From NCBI GenBank assembly GCA_030295235.1, contig AP026137.1:372001-436000 (forward strand): a stretch of 64,000 bases of DNA, written 5' to 3'. How positions within the stretch are numbered: the first letter of the stretch is position 1; each line of letters opens with the position of its first letter. Origin of the DNA: Fistulifera solaris. Lineage: Eukaryota. Shown one piece after another: positions 36,029 to 48,310 of the stretch. The position numbers and the translations under genes are program-made. The notes below the pieces were generated by a model, which was not told the origin of the DNA, did no database searches, and saw nothing but the letters and a program-made list of their open reading frames with translations.

Positions 36029-36631
36029 TCAGCATGATGGTGGAGTGAGTCGTGTCTTTCGTCGACCAGAGGAAAGCCTTCGAAAATATTCTTCCATATT
36101 AAATTGTTTCATACTGGTTCTCTTTCCACTTTTATTCGATATGCTTTGCTGATCGCTTTGTGCTATCTGCATTTCCGGCAATGAAGAGCTGTTACCGCTA
36201 TTATAGACAGTTCTTATACTTCGCAATTGGTTGGTTGCATCGACGTCATCGGAATAATTGCTGGTGTCTCCTTTGCCCATTCCTCGTCTGAGTAAGAGTG
36301 CAAGCCGACTTTGCGATGACAGCCGAGCAACTGGTCTTTTGGGTAGATCATCGCTATCAATGACATTCAAGTCAAACTCTTCGCTCTGTCCGATGCTTTC
36401 CCAATCCAAAGTAACGGGCAATCCACCGGAGCAGGACGGATTATCCCCCAATATAAGTGGATAGCTACGAACACGAACTTTGCCAAAAGAAACCGACTTA
36501 GACCGGTCATCCGTTTCACCGGTTGAATCGCTATGGTCCGACACGTCCCAGTCCTTGAAAGACAAATCTGGTGAAAAGGTGTGATCGGATACATCGAGAA
36601 ACTCGCACGATACGTTTTGAGACGGAGCCAT
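36029..36631 (-). CDS. Diatom-type hypothetical protein with the VxF...Y...LGDNPS..G.P.TLDW motif
   Basis: SVSFGKVRVRSYPLILGDNPSCSGGLPVTLDW; first plausible ATG (MAPSQN) at 36631. Confidence 0.7.
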   Translation of the reverse strand: MAPSQNVSCEFLDVSDHTFSPDLSFKDWDVSDHSDSTGETDDRSKSVSFGKVRVRSYPLILGDNPSCSGGLPVTLDWESIGQSEEFDLNVIDSDDLPKRPVARLSSQSRLALLLRRGMGKGDTSNYSDDVDATNQLRSIRTVYNSGNSSSLPEMQIAQSDQQSISNKSGKRTSMKQFNMEEYFRRLSSGRRKTRLTPPSC

Positions 36632-36971
36632 GTCGAGTTCGTTTGGAAATAGCACGGTTTTTCCTCTGTGGCTTGGAGTGAGCGATAAGATCTCACAAAG
36701 ACGGCCGAAAGTATGAGACGAGCTTTTGCTTTTCGCAGGAAAATGTTGAAAATAATGGTGTATGCAAGTCACGAATGATCTTTTTAATTACTCCGCACAA
36801 AACATAAAGACTTTATGACTAAACTCGCTGCATGTCGGCAAGAACGTTGTCGGGATCGGTGATCGGTGCTCGGCTTTGTGCTCAATGCTTGCACGCGGCA
36901 AACTTCAATCTGATCAAGGAAGTACTGACACAACACCATGTGCGTAAGGACGTCGAGAAGAATGACGTCAT

Positions 36972-37495
36972 CAGTCATTAGTCATTGTTCTCACTGTAGT
37001 TCTTAGTGTAGCTACCAGCAAGCCACAGCCACACGCCACAAGCCATCACGACAAGTGCCAACCGCAAACCGCAACCAGCAACAAAGAACAAAGAACAAAG
37101 AACCACAGAACACAGAACACACAACACAGACATACTTTGTACGTATTTCCGTAGTTCCTGTTACAGAGAACAGAAACAGAAGATAGAACTAGACATTGTC
37201 AAATTCTATCATTTTTCTTTGTTCCTTACTAGGGTATTCCTTATTCCTTATTCCTTATTTTTCTTTTGTCGCTACTGCATGCTGAATGCTGGAAAATGAA
37301 GAATGACTTACTGACTAACGGGTTAGAGTTTGCGGTTTACAGAGAGTATTTCTCCGATGATTACTTGTAACTCTCCAAAGACGAACAAGCGACAAAACAA
37401 GGCACTGGTTACTGGTTACTGGTTAATGAAAGCCAGTCCCGTTATTCCTATAATGTTGCAAATGATTATTTATGAAATAAATTTGCAATTTGCTG
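36972..37495. repeat. Second tract of drifting 7-bp tandem duplications
   Basis: AGTCATT x2, ACCGCAA x2, ACAAAGA x3, CACAGAA x2, TATTCCT x3, ACTGGTT x3 and ATTTGCA x2. Confidence 0.85.
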
Positions 37496-38617
37496 CTTAG
37501 AAAGCCAATAGTTTTGTTAGTATTGTTCACCCAAGACCGAAGAACAAGGCCCTGAGCAAAAACGGGCGTAGCCGTGTGTTGTGTTCTCTCTCAACAAAAT
37601 TGGGATCAACAAGTATTAAAACTCGAGGCATGAAATATAACTCCATACGGAGTAAAAACTACGATTCACGGTTGATGCCCATGTTCTATTTTTAATAATG
37701 TTGATCTCCGCCTGAATCCTGAATGGGAGAAAGAAAGAGTGACAAGTGACAAGAAACAAAAAACAAAAAAAAAACAGAACGCCTGTTAAGTTAGAGACAT
37801 GGTTGTCTGCAGTGCGTCCTCCTCTAAGTGTACATAACTGTCGGTTCTTGAAAACATTGAACCGACAACTGGCTCCTCTGTTCCGAGATACTGTTGTTGC
37901 TCGAGTTTGTCTGCTATTTTCATCGATGTGCTTGTATTACATCCTTCCTTCGATATACACGAGATACTTGCAGATTGATAGGGTCTGCAAGGGGCCTGGA
38001 TGATTTCGAGCTACATTCGCATCGAAGATTTGAGGAGTCTGACTGCCTGTTGTGGCACAGCATTCTTGCAGAAAAGTATTTGTCGTATTTTCCTTAACGT
38101 GGTGAACAAAGTCACGAAGGACACTGGTCGGTCGCATACAGAGATAGCGCGCAAAATAGAACCAAGGTTATAAACTGGTACAGCTTTAGGGCAAGAAAGA
38201 CACCATGATTAAAGTTGATTTGATTATTTTGGAATGGGTTAAGTCTTGTGGCTAGTAATCAGTCGTTTATGAGTCGTCATGAGTGCTGATGTGCCGTGCG
38301 AACATCACCTCTAGTAACTATGCGACGCTAAACGGCATCCGAGATCCGAGGTGGGCACGCAGAGGGATACGTCTACGTCATCCTTTCGAATGGCGTGTGT
38401 GTGTGTGTGTGCCATGTGCCGGAATGAATTGGATGACATTTTTTTATTGTTTGTTCATCACATGATCAGGAGTCCTTTGCAATCCTTACTTTATGGATCA
38501 TCTAAAACGAATCGTTTAGCTGGTAGTGCCGTAGACGCTCGAGCGGGATCTTTAGACAGAACACGAGTAGAGGACGAGATTTGAGAGCATCCCCGCGTAC
38601 TGAAACCGAAAAACACG

Positions 38618-40741
38618 ATGAGGTACCATTACGTAGCATTCAGCTTTCTCATAACAGCAAATGGGACGACTTTTGCATTTATGCCGCCTTTATCGGTGAT
38701 CAAACGAAGCAAAGCACCACATCGCGTGGCTTCCGGTACACCCGAGGGTCCAGAATCGGAATTATTCGACTTTCTCAAATCGATTGTAGAGAGACCGATC
38801 GATTGGAATGTCAATGAACCAGGGAAGTCGCCGTTTGGCTTTGACAAAAATGCGGAGCTGTGGAATGGTCGTATCGCTCAGGTGAGTTTATTGAAGGAGT
38901 CATTGGATTCTGGTCAATAGTGCATCGAACTCACTTCTTTTATTCGCATCAGATTTCCTTTGTATGGATCTTCTTACAAGAGTGGATTCAGGGAAAAGGA
39001 GTCTTACAATCTATTGTAGAAGGCGACGTCGCGAGTAATATCTCACTGGAAATGGTTTGCCTAATGTTGTTGTTTGTGAGTTTTCAATTCTGCATGCTGC
39101 CCTTCGAACAAAACGTGAAGATTCGCGTCCCTCGAGAGTGGCTCGACAACCCCACCATTTTGCAAAACGTATCCCTTCCACCCAATAATAGACCACAGCG
39201 ACCGAAACGAAAGGAAGCTGAAAAGCCTGACGTGAGAAAATGGAACTTGAATGGAGAAAAAGCACCATATGGCTTCGATGTAAATGCCGAGGTTTGGAAT
39301 GGACGAGTTGCCATGGTACGTAAACGCACATCGAATAAGTCCTCAAGTCATTTCGTCATTCGCACTCAATCTCTTGACAGGTCTGTTTTGCGTGGGTCTT
39401 TTTACAAGAATGGATACAAGATAAAGGTCTCTTAGTTGGATTAGAAGAAAAACATGGACCGAGTGAAGCAGCGCTGCTCTTGTTTATTATTGGACTCAGC
39501 GGCTTTATTACCTATTTACACAACATGTTTTCCTTGGAGGCCGAAGCGTATCGAAAATCGCGATTACCACCCACAACAGAGGCACCAAAGTCATTTAGTC
39601 CTGTGGCGAGCAGAACATTTGAGTTTGGTCAAGCGAACGGTAGAATGCCAGTTTTGAATGGGCAAAAAGTTTGCGGCCAAGTATTCCACCCAACAATATA
39701 CCCGGGCAACCAATGGCGGGAAGGGATTGGTCTCCTAATGGCTCTTATGCACCAAATGTCCCGCCAGTAAGTTTTCGGAAACAGCCTAGACCGGACGCTA
39801 TCGCACCTGGACCAAACATGACACAGACGAATTTTAGGCAGCCAGCAACTCGGGAGAGACGATTGCCGCATACAGTGGGTCAGACTAGACCCAATTTTCA
39901 ACAATCATCGCTACCACCTCCACCCTCATTTAGACGCAATTCACCACCTCCGGTCTACAGCCAAGCTGTGCCTCCTTATATGCAACAAGGAACCGATAGC
40001 GGTGTTTATCAGCAACAACAATACATAAGACAAGGGACTCGACCTTCTGGCTCTTCCTGGCTGGATAGGTCTCCAAACAATTCTGTAGAACCTCCTCGAA
40101 CTTATGATTCTCCTTCCACTCCAACGGCAGCCCCATTGAACAAGTCGATGATCCAGTCATACGAGGAGTCATTAAGGAGTATGACGAAAGAACCAACTAT
40201 TGCTATAACAGCAACAAACCAACAAGGGCTCCCATATCAAGCTTCTTCAAACCCTGAGCAACCGCCTGTTTGGCCCAATGTACCTGACACTGTCACACCA
40301 CCACGTATGCAACTATTTCAATCGGATGCACTTTCATCCGCTGCCAAAGGCGACCCTTCTTTGCTGGACCAGGTCGCACCAACGCTTCCAATGAGATCGA
40401 ATGTGGATATTGTACCACCCGAGATTAAGCCGGGTGTCCGTCCCTTCCCGAAGCCCGAGTCGTTTGCATTCAGTCTTGACACCCCAATCGCACAACTGAG
40501 AAAATCTGCTTACGAACAATCTTGGGCTGATTATAATTTGCAGCAATCTTTGGGCGATGAGTCGACAAGCGCCTCATCAGAGAATACTTCTTTTGACACA
40601 ACCGAACGAGAAGCGGCGTCACCGAATCCGGTGCCATACTCAACAGAAGAAGAATATGCACCTCGCTACCAGCCTTCGCCCTACAACATGCCGAGTCAAA
40701 AAGGCCGTAGATCGTATCTCGACACGTTAGGCCCTTCGTGA
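38618..40741 (+). CDS. Plastid-targeted LHC-superfamily (HLIP/SEP-like) protein with two LHC motifs and a long P/S/Q-rich tail; introns 38882-38952 and 39316-39380; frameshift at ~39664
   Basis: After splicing: FGFDKNAELWNGRIAQISFVWIFLQEWIQGKGVL and YGFDVNAEVWNGRVAMVCFAWVFLQEWIQDKGLL. Presequence contains TFA-FMP. Confidence 0.8.
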
Positions 40742-40959
40742 GCAACTTCTATGCTCATCAAAATCGCTACAAATTATCGAATCGCTAACAAATTCAGAGC
40801 ATTGACTAGGACGCTTTCACCAATGCTTTTGAAAGCGTTTGAGCATTCAAATGAAACAGATGCTTCTACTGACATGACATAATTCTAACTCCCTTAAAAA
40901 TAGACGCATTATTACATGCTACTTAGCGAAGAACTAGAGTGCTGAAGTTCAATCACGTT

Positions 40960-41575
40960 TTACACGGATCCTGTTGGCTTGCCAGCAATGCTGACAAGGT
41001 TGATGCAATACCGATTTCCTTTGCTGTCGGGAAGATTGTGCCCTAGATGAGTGCCATCCAAAGATACCGTCTCCCCGAATTCCTCAAGACACGAACATTT
41101 TCCCACACGACCTCGTCATCCCGAAACGAAGGCCATCCGTGTTTGCGTGATTCTTTGACAAACTCTTCCGCGGATCGATTCTTGGGCGCGACGAACAGTG
41201 GCTTTCCTGTGACGGAATCATAAAAGTAATGGGGCCCTGCGCATTCAAAACGGCGTCTTCAAAAGTGGTCTTTTGGAAGTAACCACCGATTTCCGCAAAG
41301 TGGCGATTGTAATTGCAAATGCGATCCGCGAGTTGATTGTCGACGCCGTACAAGAGATCCGACTGCACGGGATTTGCCGACGTCCCGTGCTCTTTCTGCA
41401 CCATGATGGATTCATCACCGTACCGTATCGGGCTACCCACGGCGTTGGCGGGTGCGGCACCCACGAAAAGAGCGGCAGCACTGGATTGGAAAAAAGCTCG
41501 ACGCGAACTGTCGCTACTGCTGGACCAAGCCACAATCGATGGAAGGATAAGCAAGAGCGCAGGAAGAGTTCTCAT
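40960..41575 (-). CDS. MsrB-like (methionine-R-sulfoxide reductase fold) protein with a signal peptide and twin-arginine lumen signal; frameshift at ~41222
   Basis: Motifs DSVTGKPLF, HGWPSFRD, THLGHNLPD and RYCIN. N-terminus contains SRRAFFQSSAAALFVGAAPANA. Confidence 0.85.
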
Positions 41576-42013
41576 GGCGAAAAAGAGCAGTTCAGCTGTT
41601 GAACGTATAGGTAATAAGAAACAAATAAGGAGTATAGACCCTACTGGTAATTATTATGTTTTGGTTGCAGTTTTATTTTATCCGAGAATCGAGAATGATG
41701 CCAACAAGATTGAGTCACTGCAATCACTATAAGCCTGAAATGTATATTACCTTTTGTTACGACTGAATTCAGTCATGAACTTGAAGGAAGCAACTGTATG
41801 TCAAACCTTCTCCCTACTGTAGTAAAGTTCAAGTTGATAGTTGATGGTTGCGCCCAAGAAATAAGTTGGCACCACCCATCATCATCCCAAAAAAGCCGAT
41901 CGGAAGGCAGCGAGATAGGTTGTCTTTAGAAGCCTTAGATATCTCCTTCTTCCTCGATACTTCAGTCGGAAGAGTTTTTGGAGCGGTTTCCTGGATTATC
42001 ATTTGGTTTTAGA

Positions 42014-42800
42014 ATGAAAACTAGTTTGCTCTTTGTATCCTTTTGGGCAGTCACAACGACGGCTTTCTCGCCGTCGCCAGTCACAACTTTCAACAAGAAA
42101 GCTTCCCCATGGATATTGGAAGCGAAGAAAAAGAACGGAAAATCAAAAGGAAGCAGCGTTCCGGCGAAAACATCCAAAGGATTTGGGTCGAAACCGAAGG
42201 CGGAGATGATTCGCCCTTCACCAGAGGAAGCCGCCCGCAACCTGTTGTCCTACCGCCTGTCACTGGAAGCGAAGCTTCGTACCAAAAAAGAACATAGGTC
42301 CTCAACCTGCCTCAAAGGTCTTTGCAAAGCTTCCGTCTCGTGACCCCTTCAAAGAAGAAAGGATCGCGCGTAGCTTGCTAGCTTCCCGCTTGGCTCTTCA
42401 AGCCTCGATTCGATCCAAAATTGTCGAAGATGTCGGCCCGAAGCCGACCCCTAAAATGGCTATTGAGCTTCCTCCTCGAGATCCAGTGAAAGACGAAATG
42501 AACGCTCGCAGTTTACTAGCATCTCGCCTCACATTCGAAAAAGTAGCAGCAGAAACGAAGCGAAAACGCGAACAGGAGAAGCGACAACGCGGTATTTTGA
42601 GTCATCGATTGGCGATTCAATCGAAAGCATGGGAAGTTGAGAGAGCAAAATTAGAGGCGGCTGCTGCTTTACGAAAAGCTCGACAGCAGCCCAAAGCTCC
42701 ACAGGAGGAGCAGATTCTGGCAAACAAATACAAGGCTATTGAGTGCATCGAGGAGAGAGCTTTCACTATTCTGATGGACCTTGGAATGGTCGGAGCCTAA
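42014..42800 (+). CDS. Plastid-targeted hypothetical protein with 4 short helical repeats; poly-A frameshift at ~42285
   Basis: Presequence TTA-FSP; repeats of (A)RxLLxxRLxxE/Q; C-terminus LANKYKAIECIEERAFTILMDLGMV. Confidence 0.7.
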
Positions 42801-42877
42801 AGTTGCTCACCGATAAACACATAATTGATAAAGAAATAATAGGCTATTTCTTAACGCTAACTTGCTTGTTTGTAAAT

Positions 42878-43920
42878 TTAAACGGAAACAGTCACGGGAT
42901 CCCTAATATCTTCCATGATCTGTGCATCGAGTCCTTGTTCTCGTAGCGGACCTAAAATCGAGTTGAGCGTCACTTTACGACTACCCAAATCGGGAACTTT
43001 CGCATCAGCTCCCTCTCCATAGAAATCACAATGTTCCGTTCCTGAAGTGTACGTTATAACACACTTCATGCCGGCCCCGTTAGCTGCCCGCAATCCAATA
43101 AGACTGTCTTCAATAACAATACAAACATTGGGGTCCTCAATTCCCAATCTTTCTCGTGCTACATTGTAAATCAGTGGATCCGGTTTTTTGGCGGCAACAT
43201 CATCCCCCAGTATACACACATCTAGTTTCGCCACACGCTCCGGTCCCAGTGTGTAATCCAATGTTTGCAGCGCCGACTCTTTGGTCGATGCCGAACACAC
43301 TCCCACCGCCACCCTATCATCGGCCAACGCCTCATCCATAAGCTCCAACAACCCCGGTCGAGGTTCCGCTTGTTCTTTCATTATACGTTGATATACTTTG
43401 TTTTTGAACGTTTGCAACTGATCAATGAGTTCTTGTTGAGCCTCGAGTGTGGTTGGAGGTGGTTGATCGCCGACGTGGGGGAATGTTTGTGTCGTATTGC
43501 GAAAATAAAAGAACATTTTTGTTTGCCTCCACCGATAGAATTTTGTAAGATGTCATAGTATTCGGTCTTTTTTAATACAAGGATGTTGGTATTTGTGAAG
43601 GAAGCAGTTCGATAAGAGTGAGTCAAAGACTGAGGTGACGCATTGATGCGGCATACAGTTTTTCACGGACATACCGACCAGTGCACAGGAACACCATCAA
43701 TGGTGAGATCAAATTCTTGAAAAGCTTCATTGTAAGCCACGCGATGCAGTTCTTCCGTTTCCAGAATAACTCCGTCACAGTCGAACAGAATCGCGAATTC
43801 GAAATTCTTATTATTCGAAGCGGCTCGGGACGACGACCGCATTCCAAAGCGTGCAGTAGGAACGAACGACTGTGCGACGCCGAATAGAGAGAAGGAAGAT
43901 AGTACATAAGTCAGTTTCAT
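42878..43920 (-). CDS. cbbY: CbbY-like HAD phosphatase (xylulose-1,5-bisphosphate phosphatase family), plastid-targeted; intron 43567-43674; frameshift at ~43516
   Basis: Motifs ILFDCDGVILETEELHRVAYNEAF, IGGGK, KKPDPLIY and VIEDSLIGLRAA. Presequence AQS-FVP. Confidence 0.88.
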
Positions 43921-44094
43921 GTTGTTGCGAGTGAGTGATAAGCGAATGCGAAAGCAATGATAATACCTGGTAAGCAAAAATGCATCTCGACGAGAAAAAA
44001 GTTGAGAGAGAGAAAAAAGGTGACACGCTTTGGTGCACTGACGTCATCGCCTCTACGACAACGCATACTGTAGTCCAATAGGTACCGGTATAGC

Positions 44095-44600
44095 GTATAA
44101 CCTCAACTTATCCCCGACTGCAATTCAGTCATGAATCAAATTTCTTTCCAACGACAATGTCGCCTACAATTCGTTCGTTCGCTAAATGTTGTGAGCTCAA
44201 TCTGTCGCTGTTGCAATGAAATAGTCATTAGCAGAGATCGTATAACGCATCGTTGTGTTTTACGTCAAAGAGCCTTGCGAAACGTTTTCTTTCGTATTTA
44301 CTAGGGACCAAAGTGTTGTCCGTATTTCGCCATGACTGCCATGAATCAAAGTTATTTCAAGCGACCTTGGGAGAGACAACGCTGCCTGTTCGTTCAGCCA
44401 ATATCTTAAGCTCCATTTATTGTTCAATGCAATAGTCTTTAGCAGCGTTACATTACACACCTTGATATTTTACGTCGAAGAGCCTTGCGAAACGTTGTCT
44501 TTCTTATTTACCAGTACCATAGACCCAAAGCGATGGTTCAAGGAGACCACGACTGCATTTTAGTCTTTAGTCAAGAATCAATGTTCGATATCTTTGTCCG
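44095..44600. repeat. Three ~217 bp units of the palindrome-bearing repeat family, in opposite orientation to the 7.2-7.9 kb locus
   Basis: GACTG at 44116, 44334 and 44551. TTTTACGTC(A/G)AAGAGCCTTGCGAAACGTT is repeated at ~44258 and ~44468. Confidence 0.85.
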
Positions 44601-44929
44601 GGCTAGATTGTCACCTCACCAACATTCCCTTTGCTAGGTCTAGAACCAATAAAATGACTCGTATGATCTGCATTCAATATCACAGTCAGTCACTTTTCCG
44701 CCTCATAAGGCGCTTAGCCAACATTATTTGACACGTAACGCGAAAAAAGTGCGGACGGAAGACAGACCACGAAAAGACCTCCATCCGATCGTGAATAATC
44801 GCGATGCGCATCGAGTCGAATGAACTCAATTTTTTTTTTTTGAAAAATATCACTATCAAACCTATGGGAGTTATGCAAGGACCTTAGGCGTTCACATGAT
44901 CGGAACGAAAACGCATACATAGCACCGAA

Positions 44930-45975
44930 ATGTCAAAAGAAGACTCTTCCATGACGGCCTTCAGAGCCGCGTATGTGCGCTTTCGCCGACGTCCCGATCA
45001 ACCCGATCGATGGGACGATCTATCGGAAATGATTGACTTTGGAGGACAAATCGACGACGATCCCAGAATCAGGCGCCTGCCGTCGTTGTCACAGGAAGAC
45101 GTGTATCAGGGACCGATCTTTGGCTTACGAGATTGTCCAGGATTTCTTTATGCACCTCAAGCACTATCCACCGACTTGCAACACTTTTTGTCCTACCGTG
45201 CTCTATCCGTTTATTGCGAGAAGCCCCACACCACCAATATTGATTTGGTTCCACCGAAACCGCAGGAAATTGTCAACAACATTGAAAACAACGAAAGTCA
45301 GTGGGATTTGTGGAATAAAATAGTACGAAACGAGGATAGTACGGAGAAACCCAAAACATCACAATCCACGAAACGCACATTTTACCGAAATTTTGACAAA
45401 TTGTCGTGGGCCACACTGGGCCATCATTACGATTGGACGTCTCGCACCTATCCCCCGGAAATGAGTTCTCCCATGGCTCCAGAACTCACGGATTTGTCGA
45501 CCTTTTTGCGCGCACGGCGTTTCAGTATTCCGACGCCAGCACTAACACTTCATTTTCCTTTGCCGCTACGGCCTCCATTGTCAATTTTTACAATGCCAAA
45601 TCGAATATGGGATGTCATCGGGATGATGGCGAGCTGGCGGTGGACAAACCGATAGTGAGCGTGAGTATGGGACGACCCGCTGTCTTCTTGTTAGGTGGGG
45701 CCTCTAAGGACGATGTGCCCGTACCGATTTTGGTGCGCGCCGGAGATGTCATGATATTGGGAGGTGCCTCGCGACTGAATTATCATTCCATGGCGCGATT
45801 ATTACCCTTTGAAGGTCTACCTCCCGTGGCGGAATCGGCTTGTCCGCGGGAACCCGTGGGTTGGGCTGGTTTAGAGCCAGTTTCTCCGGAAGATATGGTA
45901 TTTGTCAACGAATTTCTGTCGTCTCATCGCATCAACGTGAACGTGCGACAGGTTTTCCCGGACAGTAAGGTGTGA
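44930..45975 (+). CDS. ALKBH1: ALKBH1-like Fe(II)/2OG dioxygenase; frameshift at ~45502
   Basis: KLSWATLGHHYDWTSRTY, ASIVNFY..MGCHRDD (HxD), LGGASRLNYHSM and RINVNVRQV. Confidence 0.9.
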
Positions 45976-46382
45976 GATGATTGAGCGCTCGAGTTGATGC
46001 TTTGATGGCCTGTGTTGTCAGTTGCAATGATGCTCCAAAAGGAAAGTGGAAGTCAAAACAACGCAGTTTTGTTTAGCGTGAAGGATCAAATAAGGCTTGA
46101 AACTGACACGTCAGAGAGAACTCAGAAACGGTACTCAGTGTAATGGGTCACCGCGAGAGGACGGATTTTGTTTAACGAAAGAGTACCACCGCAAGTTGAA
46201 GGTGCAGCTACAAGTACCGAATCTTCGAGCATTCTCATTCGAACTCGATCGAACCACGTTCGAAACGAAAAGTGCCTCTTTTGAAGTCGAGAACAAAGTC
46301 GTCATCTTCGTCATACGACCCCTTTTAAAGGCATTAAAAGCAATATACAACAATATATTCGGTTTACATCATACAAACCAAG

Positions 46383-47452
46383 ATGACCAAAAATCAGCTC
46401 GAACAGCTTAAAGAACATACCATTGTGGTCTCCGACACGGGCGAAGTGTCGGCGATCAAGCGTCTGAAGCCTCAAGATGCTACAACAAATCCTTCCTTGA
46501 TTTACAAGGCTGCACAGATGCCGGAATACGAGAAGCTTATTGATGATGCGGTAGCGTATGCGAAAGGCGATCTAGCTCTCGCGATGGTACGTTTCGTCTG
46601 TTTGAACTACTAGCCATGGCCTTGTTTGCATAAAACCGTCATATTCCGTCGAGGACGAAAGTACAACCTGCCAAAGCATCTTTACTCTAACAACTGAGTT
46701 ATCGTTTTTTACAGGACAAGGTTGCTGTCAATTTTGGGACCGAGATCTCGAAAATTGTACCCGGCTACGTTTCGACCGAAGTCGACGCGCGTTTGTCGTT
46801 TGATACCGAGGCCACCATTTCGAAAGCGCGTAAAATTATTGAATTGTACAAAGAAGCTGGCGTCGATAAATCGCGCATTTTAATCAAAATTGCCGCCACG
46901 TGGGAGGGCATTCAAGCTGCACAAGTCTTAGAAAAGGAAGGAATCACTTGCAACCTCACTTTAATCTTCAGTTTGGCACAAGCCGTCGCCTGCGCGGAAG
47001 GAGGTATTACACTTGTGAGTCCTTTTGTCGGTCGGATCATGGATTGGCATAAGAAAGAATCGGGTGTTGACGGATTCAAGCCGGAAGAAGATCCCGGTGT
47101 TATTTCCGTCACACAGATTTACAACTATTACAAAAAGTTCGGTTACAACACGATTGTTATGGGGGCCAGTTTCCGTAACGCAGATGAAATCTTGATGTTG
47201 GCAGGATGCGATCGACTTACTATTTCACCCGCTCTGCTCGATGAATTGGTTGCGTCCACGGAACCCGTGACAAAGCGTCTTGACGCAGCCGAGGCAGCAT
47301 CTGCGGATATGCAAAAGATTGATATTGACGAGAAATCTTTCCGTTGGATGCTCAACGAAGATCCCATGGCGACTGAAAAGCTAGCGGAAGGTATTCGCAA
47401 CTTTGCAGCTGACATTGTGCACTTGGAAAATATTGTCAAGAAGAAAATGTAA
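46383..47452 (+). CDS. TAL: Transaldolase; intron 46587-46714
   Basis: Motifs [46 protein letters not shown] and MGASFR. Confidence 0.97.
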
Positions 47453-48310
47453 GCAGCGAAAAGCATGAATACAACTATAGCTTCAATTGAATAAATCATC
47501 TGCTTTCCTTGTATGTGGCTTTTTGATTAGATTAGAAGACTGCTTGTATTGTTAGCCAACTGTGGCTTGCTTATCGGGGCTAGTCGTAAACTAGATAAAT
47601 GCAGATAGTGAAGAGCAAAATACCTAGTTTCGATGCCGGATGCCGGATGCCGACACGACTTTTCGACCGTTTCAATCGCGAAGACCAAAGACAAAGACAA
47701 AGACACACTTGTGCCTTGTGCCATGGTATTTATTTCCTTGCCTTGTGCCTCCGGATTTTGGGGCATATGTCCGCTTCGGACTATCTTGCGCAGAAATACG
47801 ATTGTACACATAACTCGACAAGTTGTTTTCTTCATGGGACTCAGGCGCAATCTCACATTAAATAAACGGTCCCAAAATCAGGCACTATGAAGAAAAATGC
47901 GCATACTCAACGCATTCGTCTTTAAGTACAAATTAAGTTTTCGTATCACTCGCCGTTGATTGTGCCAGAAATCGTACGGATACCTACGCCAGAGAGCTTT
48001 TTGCACTTGCTCGGAGCTTGGAAACGAATGAAGGGAAAAATGAGAGGATGTTCGCCCCTCCGTCCTTTGCTTATCAAGCAATGACTTTAATGAGAAAACA
48101 AAACCATGATCTGTGTAGCTAAATGGGCGTCCTTGGCACTTGGGGAGGAGAAAGGGATTGAATTAGGTGAGTTTTGATGGCGATGAAAAAATGATGAGCT
48201 AGGTTGCATAGACTAAATGTAAAAGATAAGAGTTTTAAAAAAAGTAGGACTACAAGCTTTATGGTGTATTATTTTTAGGAATTAGAAACAGTGGCACTCA
48301 AGTAAGCATG

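Noticed and set aside
38395..38412. (GT)n microsatellite
   Set aside because: Ordinary short dinucleotide repeat.
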